A DNA stretch of 64,000 nucleotides. Source: Synechococcus sp. GTDB taxonomy: Bacteria; Cyanobacteriota; Cyanobacteriia; PCC-6307; Cyanobiaceae. The notes beneath the pieces were generated by a model. It ran no database searches and was not told the DNA's origin. It was given only the letters and a program-made list of their open reading frames with translations. Both the position numbers and the translations under genes were made by a program. This document shows positions 59,218 through 64,000 of this stretch, piece by piece; within the stretch, counting starts at the first letter, position 1; each line of letters starts with the position of its first letter. The stretch covers positions 448,001 to 512,000 of the forward strand of contig JBJBDL010000003.1 of assembly GCA_047285305.1 (NCBI GenBank). The letters are read 5' to 3'.

Positions 59218-59378
59218 TGTCTTCTTAAACCCGTCACCACAGCACAATCTTTTCCGGAGGTTTGATTAAGAAGCTGGTTCTTCGTGGACGCAGCAGTGTT
59301 GTTGTTGTTACCGGTGAAAGATGTAGTTCCTGGCTTTAGCACTCGGTTTGGCAAACAGAGTGTTGACCCGATCCCGCT

Positions 59379-60494
59379 ATGGCACAGGCCAAAACAGCAG
59401 TTGTGGACGCGTCTTCGGTTCAGATTCGGTTTGAGCCGATGGGGCCCGATGTCTACGGGCAGAACCAACCCAAGGAGCTGCTGGCCGCAATTGCTGAAGA
59501 TGTTGAACCTTTGAAGGATTTGGTGGATCAGCACGTGGTGTCGATCCAACCGTTTCGCTCCGAGGTTTTATTGCAGGTGTTTCGTCTGGCGGCGAAGTTT
59601 GAGAGCAACCCAGATCGCTATTGCCGTCACAACACGCCGCTCACCGGCAAGATTCTGATCAACGCGTTTTACGAACCAAGCACGCGCACCCGGCTGTCCT
59701 TTGACAGTGCCTGGCACAGACTCGGCGGTACCTCCATCAACATCACCGACAGGGCCACTACTGGGATCGCCAAGGGCGAGTCTCTCGAAGATGTCGCTCA
59801 TATGTTCAACAACTACGGCGATTGTGTGGTGCTTAGGGACAGCGATCCCGGTGCCGTTTATGCGATGACGTCCACTCTTCGGATTCCGATCATCAACGCT
59901 GGAAATGGGATCGATGAGCATCCCACTCAGGCGATGGCCGATCTGTACACGATCTTCAAGTGGCGCCCCAAGCTTGCTGAAGCTGAAGTGGCACCCGCTG
60001 ATCGGATTCGCATTGGGATCGTCGGAATCCCATCGCGGATGCGAACGGTTCGCTCCCTGTTGAGGATCCTTTCCAAATTCCCGCAGACCGTGGACGAGGT
60101 GGTGGTGATTCACGCCCCCGGGTTGGAGCCGGATCAGCCGCTGTTCGACCCAGGACAGTTGGAGGAGCTTGAAGCTTCTGGGATGAAGGTGCGCTCCAGC
60201 ACGGATCTTCAGGCTGAAGTGCCCGACTTGGATGTCGTTTACATCAATGCCATTGCCTGGGTCGGTGACTCCTATGAAGTACACGGCGGAGGATTCCGCC
60301 TCACCCGCGACATGCCGTTCAAACCGGAAGCGATCGTGCTCCATCCCTTGGCGCGGGGAGCGGAACTGAGCACCTGCATGGATGACACGCGCCATAACTG
60401 GTATTTCAGCCAGGCCAGGGGAGCTGTGTTCCTGCGGATGGCCCTGCTCACTTGCATGGTGGATCGGGCCGAACGCGTGATGGATGTGATCTGA
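59379..60494 (+). CDS. Aspartate/ornithine carbamoyltransferase-family protein (PyrB-like, atypical substrate site)
   Basis: FYEPSTRTRLSF, AKGESL, INAGNG..EHPTQ, HPLAR; lacks the ATCase RxQKER and OTCase DxWxSMG motifs. Confidence 0.9.
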   Translation: MAQAKTAVVDASSVQIRFEPMGPDVYGQNQPKELLAAIAEDVEPLKDLVDQHVVSIQPFRSEVLLQVFRLAAKFESNPDRYCRHNTPLTGKILINAFYEPSTRTRLSFDSAWHRLGGTSINITDRATTGIAKGESLEDVAHMFNNYGDCVVLRDSDPGAVYAMTSTLRIPIINAGNGIDEHPTQAMADLYTIFKWRPKLAEAEVAPADRIRIGIVGIPSRMRTVRSLLRILSKFPQTVDEVVVIHAPGLEPDQPLFDPGQLEELEASGMKVRSSTDLQAEVPDLDVVYINAIAWVGDSYEVHGGGFRLTRDMPFKPEAIVLHPLARGAELSTCMDDTRHNWYFSQARGAVFLRMALLTCMVDRAERVMDVI

Positions 60495-60503
60495 GGTGGA
60501 CTG

Positions 60504-62528
60504 ATGTGTGGAATCGGGGGTGTTTTCAATGCCGACCGTCAGCAGACGGTGGATCGCCAGCTGCTGGTCAACATGGCGGCGATTCAGGCCCATCGCGGGC
60601 CCGATGGCTTTGGGGTTGAGGTGCTGGATCAGGCCGGCGTCGGCTTTTGCCATGCCCGCCTTTCGATCATTGACCTGAATGAGTCACGGGCCCGGCAGCC
60701 CTTCCTCACCGATGACGGTGAGGTGCTGATGGCCCACAACGGTGAGTTCTACGACTTCCAGCGAATCCGGGCTGACCTCACCGCCCAGGGGGTGCGCTTC
60801 AGCAGCAAGAGCGATTCGGAGATCCTGCTGCGGCTGTACCAACGCCAGGGCTTAGAGGCGACCCTCCCTCTGTTGCGCGGTGAGTTCGCCTTCGCCTTGT
60901 TTGATCGGTCCGAAGACTGCCTCTACCTGGTGCGGGATCGCTTCGGCATCAAACCGCAGTACTGGGCGATGACGCCTGAGGGTCTGGTGTTCGGTTCCGA
61001 GTTGAAGGTGCTGTTTGCCCACCCGGCGGTGGAGCGACGTTTCACCTCGGAGGGTCTGTTTCACCAGTTGATGCAGACCATGGTTCCCGGCACCACAGCC
61101 TTTGCCGGTGTGCATCAGGTGAAGCCCGGCCATGTGCTGAAGGTGCAACGAGTGAACGGGCGGCTGCAGGTGTCGGAGTCGACCTATTGGGATGTCGACT
61201 TCCCGCGCAAGGACGAGCGGGACCCCAAGCGAACCGAAGCTGACCACATCGCTGCCGTTCGTGCGGCGTTGCTGGAGGCCGTTGAGATGCGCATGGTGGC
61301 CGATGTACCCGTGGGTTGTTATCTCTCCGGTGGAATCGACAGCTGTTCGATCCTTGGTTTGGCCTCAGCCGTGAGCCAGGCACCGGTGAAGGCGTTCACG
61401 ATCGGCTTCGATGATGCGCGCTACGACGAGTCGCCGATTGCCCGTGAGATGGCCGAAGCCACCGGTGCTGAGCAGGATCTGATGCGGCTCTCGGGCCAGG
61501 AGCTCTATGGCCACCTGGAGCGCACCATCTGGCATGCCGAGCGAACGATCTACAACACCCTGGCGGTGGCGAAGTTTTTGATGAGCCGCCACGTCAATGA
61601 CGTGGATTACAAGGTCGTGATGACCGGTGAAGGCTCAGATGAGCTGTTCGGCGGCTACCCCGCCTTTCGCCGCGACATGTTTCTCCACGGTCTCGATGAC
61701 TTGCCACAGGAGGAGCGCGCCAGCTGGGAAAGCCTGCTGCAGCAGTCCAATGCTCTGGTGAAAGGGGCGATGCTGGCTGAAAACCAGGTGGATGACCCCG
61801 ATCTTGATGCGGTGGTTGGCTTCACCCCCAGTTGCCTTCAGCCCTGGCTGGCCTGTGCGCCTTTGGTGCCGGCGCTTCTGGCGGAGGCCCACGCCACAGC
61901 TCTGGAGGGTTACTCCCCTGGCAAGGCGATTGCCGAGCAACTGGATGCGGATCAACTGGACGGGCGCCATGCCCTGGACAAGGCCCAGTACGTCTGGATC
62001 AAGACCATGCTGGAGGGCCAGATTCTCACCTGGGGTGGCGACCGGGTCGACATGGCCAATTCGATGGAGGCGCGACCCGCCTTCTTGGATCACCATCTGG
62101 CTGCGGTGGCGGTGCAGGTGCCGCCCGAACTGCGGATCAAGGGGAAAACCGAGAAATACGTGCTTCGGGAAGCCATGGCGGGCCTGTTGCCGGAGGTGTT
62201 GTACCGGCGTGAGAAGTTCGCCTTCATGGCACCGCCAGCCCACACGGAGCCTGAGAAGTGGGAGCAGATGAAGCAGCTCGCCGACGATTACCTCAGTGAT
62301 GAGGCGATCGATGCTGCTGGTTTGTTGAGCAAAGCCGGTGTTCGCGCCTTGTTTGCGCGTCATGAGGACCCGACCACCAGCGATGCGGAGCGTATACAGA
62401 TGGATGCGGTGATCAATCACCTGCTGGGTGTGCAGATGCTGCATCGCATGTTTGTGGCGGAAGACGTGCCAGCCCTGGCCCGCCGGGAGGCGGACCGTCT
62501 GGGCTGGCGGGTGCTGATGCCTGTTTGA
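60504..62528 (+). CDS. asnB: Asparagine synthase (glutamine-hydrolysing) family amidotransferase
   Basis: MCGI N-terminal Cys, HRGPD, RLSIID, HNGE, RDRFGIKP, LSGGIDS, GEGSDELFGGY. Confidence 0.92.
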   Translation: MCGIGGVFNADRQQTVDRQLLVNMAAIQAHRGPDGFGVEVLDQAGVGFCHARLSIIDLNESRARQPFLTDDGEVLMAHNGEFYDFQRIRADLTAQGVRFSSKSDSEILLRLYQRQGLEATLPLLRGEFAFALFDRSEDCLYLVRDRFGIKPQYWAMTPEGLVFGSELKVLFAHPAVERRFTSEGLFHQLMQTMVPGTTAFAGVHQVKPGHVLKVQRVNGRLQVSESTYWDVDFPRKDERDPKRTEADHIAAVRAALLEAVEMRMVADVPVGCYLSGGIDSCSILGLASAVSQAPVKAFTIGFDDARYDESPIAREMAEATGAEQDLMRLSGQELYGHLERTIWHAERTIYNTLAVAKFLMSRHVNDVDYKVVMTGEGSDELFGGYPAFRRDMFLHGLDDLPQEERASWESLLQQSNALVKGAMLAENQVDDPDLDAVVGFTPSCLQPWLACAPLVPALLAEAHATALEGYSPGKAIAEQLDADQLDGRHALDKAQYVWIKTMLEGQILTWGGDRVDMANSMEARPAFLDHHLAAVAVQVPPELRIKGKTEKYVLREAMAGLLPEVLYRREKFAFMAPPAHTEPEKWEQMKQLADDYLSDEAIDAAGLLSKAGVRALFARHEDPTTSDAERIQMDAVINHLLGVQMLHRMFVAEDVPALARREADRLGWRVLMPV

Positions 62529-62550
62529 ATTCTTTGGTCAGGATTAAATC

Positions 62551-62565
62551 GTTGCGCTAGCTACA
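62551..62565. promoter_or_regulatory. NtcA-like box upstream of the amidohydrolase
   Basis: GTT-GCGCTAGC-TACA. Confidence 0.45.
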
Positions 62566-62622
62566 AGACTCCGGGTGTTTTCGGGTGAGTATTGATCACC
62601 GTTTGAAACGAAGGTCACGGCA

Positions 62623-63912
62623 TTGCCAGCGCTCATCTCGGCTTCTCCGACCACTCCTGCATCGCGGGTCGAGCCAGCCAAGATTGCGGCGAGACCGAAC
62701 CGTGACCGGTTGATCGGAACGATTGAGCAGCTGGCCAGCATTGGAGCCAAGCCCGATGGCAGCGTTTGTCGACGCGGGTTCTCCCCTGAGGATGTGCAGG
62801 GCCGTGAGTTGCTGGCCCACTGGATGAAGCAGCTCGGCATGCAGGTGCGTGTTGATGCCGCTGGCAACTTGATCGGATGCCTGGAAGGCCTCGACCCCCA
62901 CCGTCCTGCCTTGGTGACCGGGTCGCATCTCGATACGGTTCCCACTGGAGGACGTTTTGATGGGGCCCTGGGGGTGTTGGCCGGTCTGGAAGCTTGCCGC
63001 GCGCTTCAAGACCAGGGCCTGCGTCTGCGGCATGGCATCGAGTTGATTGCTTTTGCTGACGAGGAGTCGACCATGGTGGGCTGCAAGGGCTTGGCGGGCA
63101 CGGCCTCCGATGACCCGGAGAGTTATGCCACCAGCAATGGTCAGCCGATTCAGGACAACCTGTCGCGCATCGGGGGACATTGGCCGTCTTTGGCTTCGGC
63201 CCGACGCTCCGACCAGGCCTATGCCGCTTTCCTGGAGTTGCATGTTGAGCAGGGTGGCGTTCTTGAGCAACGCGGCGATGCCATCGGTGTTGTGGAGGGT
63301 GTTGTCGGTCAGCGTCGGTTCAGCATCAATGTGAAGGGCCAGGCCAACCATGCCGGCACTACGCCGATGGGGTTGCGACGGGACTCCCTTGTGGCGGCCT
63401 CGCGTCTTGTTCTTGCCGTTGAGGCCATGGCCTCCCGTCATCCCGGAGATCCGGTGGCGACGGTGGGTCGACTGGAGGTTTGGCCCAATGCCGCCAATGT
63501 TGTCCCCGGCGCTGTCGCCCTGACGGTTGACCTCAGGGATGTGGATCCAACCGTTCTCGATCAGTTGGTGGAGGAGTTGATGCAGCAGGTGGAACGCATC
63601 GGTGCTGAAACCGGTTGCCCGATTGCGGTGGACCCTCAGTTCAGCGTTGATCCCACTCCTGCTGACGCTGTGGTGATGTCCACGATCGCTGAGGCCGCGG
63701 CCGATCTCGGTTTTTCCCACAGCCGTCTCCCCAGCCGCGCCAGCCACGACGCGCAGGAGGTTGGCCGCCGTTGGCCGATGGGCATGATTTTTGTGCCCAG
63801 CCGGGGCGGCCTGAGTCATTCCGCTGCAGAGTTCACCAGCGACGAGCAGTGCTGGGCGGGCACCGCGGTGCTGTTGGAAACGTTGCAGCGGCTCGACCGT
63901 CAGCTGCCGTGA
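62623..63912 (+). CDS. M20 Zn-dependent hydrolase (N-carbamoyl-L-amino acid / allantoate amidohydrolase family)
   Basis: GSHLDTVPTGGRFDG, FADEE, ELHVEQG, NHAGTTPM, SHDA, GLSH. Confidence 0.92.
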   Translation: MPALISASPTTPASRVEPAKIAARPNRDRLIGTIEQLASIGAKPDGSVCRRGFSPEDVQGRELLAHWMKQLGMQVRVDAAGNLIGCLEGLDPHRPALVTGSHLDTVPTGGRFDGALGVLAGLEACRALQDQGLRLRHGIELIAFADEESTMVGCKGLAGTASDDPESYATSNGQPIQDNLSRIGGHWPSLASARRSDQAYAAFLELHVEQGGVLEQRGDAIGVVEGVVGQRRFSINVKGQANHAGTTPMGLRRDSLVAASRLVLAVEAMASRHPGDPVATVGRLEVWPNAANVVPGAVALTVDLRDVDPTVLDQLVEELMQQVERIGAETGCPIAVDPQFSVDPTPADAVVMSTIAEAAADLGFSHSRLPSRASHDAQEVGRRWPMGMIFVPSRGGLSHSAAEFTSDEQCWAGTAVLLETLQRLDRQLP

Positions 63913-64000
63913 CCTTTTCGATCCTGGCCCGGGATCCCAGCAACGGTCGTTTCGGCGTGGCTGTGGCCACCTGTCATCTGGCTGTTGGATCCACCGTGCC
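63909..64000 (+). CDS. DUF1028 family (Ntn-hydrolase-like) protein, 5' fragment
   Basis: GTGA overlap; MTFSILARDPSNGRFGVAVATCHLAVGSTV matches the TFSI..RD...G..GVAV start of DUF1028. Confidence 0.8.
   Translation, partial: MTFSILARDPSNGRFGVAVATCHLAVGSTV

Noticed and set aside
59568..63819. Minus-strand ORFs of 269-407 aa opposite the PyrB-like, asnB and M20 genes
   Set aside because: Antisense shadows with no recognisable domains.
1..64000. CRISPR arrays, tRNA/rRNA, IS elements, integrases, prophage or defence genes
   Set aside because: No regularly spaced repeats, cloverleaf or T-loop signatures, or transposase/integrase motifs seen by eye.

Overview
A GC-rich cyanobacterial chromosome segment whose gene content and order point to a marine Synechococcus (inferred, not proven). 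The left half (1 to ~33.8 kb) is core housekeeping: ABC1 kinase (partial), recN, uvrA, sucrose-phosphate synthase, purT, mraY, argG, rpsF, Tic20, aroE, dnaK, psbQ, purU, radical SAM, ClC, acnB, DAHP synthase, a group-2 sigma factor, ppk1 and an MFS transporter. The right half (~33.8-64 kb) is a nitrogen-acquisition region with several NtcA-like GTA-N8-TAC boxes. It holds cnaT-like, cynS, a HEAT-repeat protein, focA, nirA, siroheme genes (CbiX/SirB, cobA), molybdenum-cofactor genes, a Tat-exported beta-carbonic anhydrase, narM-narB-nrtP and a CP-ATP-grasp/alpha-E/transglutaminase operon. It ends with an SSS transporter, an atypical carbamoyltransferase, AsnB, an M20 amidohydrolase and DUF1028. 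Main leads: (1) this last cluster, whose PyrB-like enzyme has lost the aspartate side-chain-binding residues, suggesting an uncharacterised N-carbamoyl/amide metabolite pathway; (2) a recurring bulged hairpin with a TTC-(C/G)TTTT-GAA apex in the nirA and nrtP leaders and downstream of nirA; (3) several small proteins missed by the ORF track, a probable triple-nonsense pseudogene and repeated CTG starts overlapping upstream stops. I saw no tRNA, rRNA, CRISPR array or IS element. All calls were made by eye without database searches.
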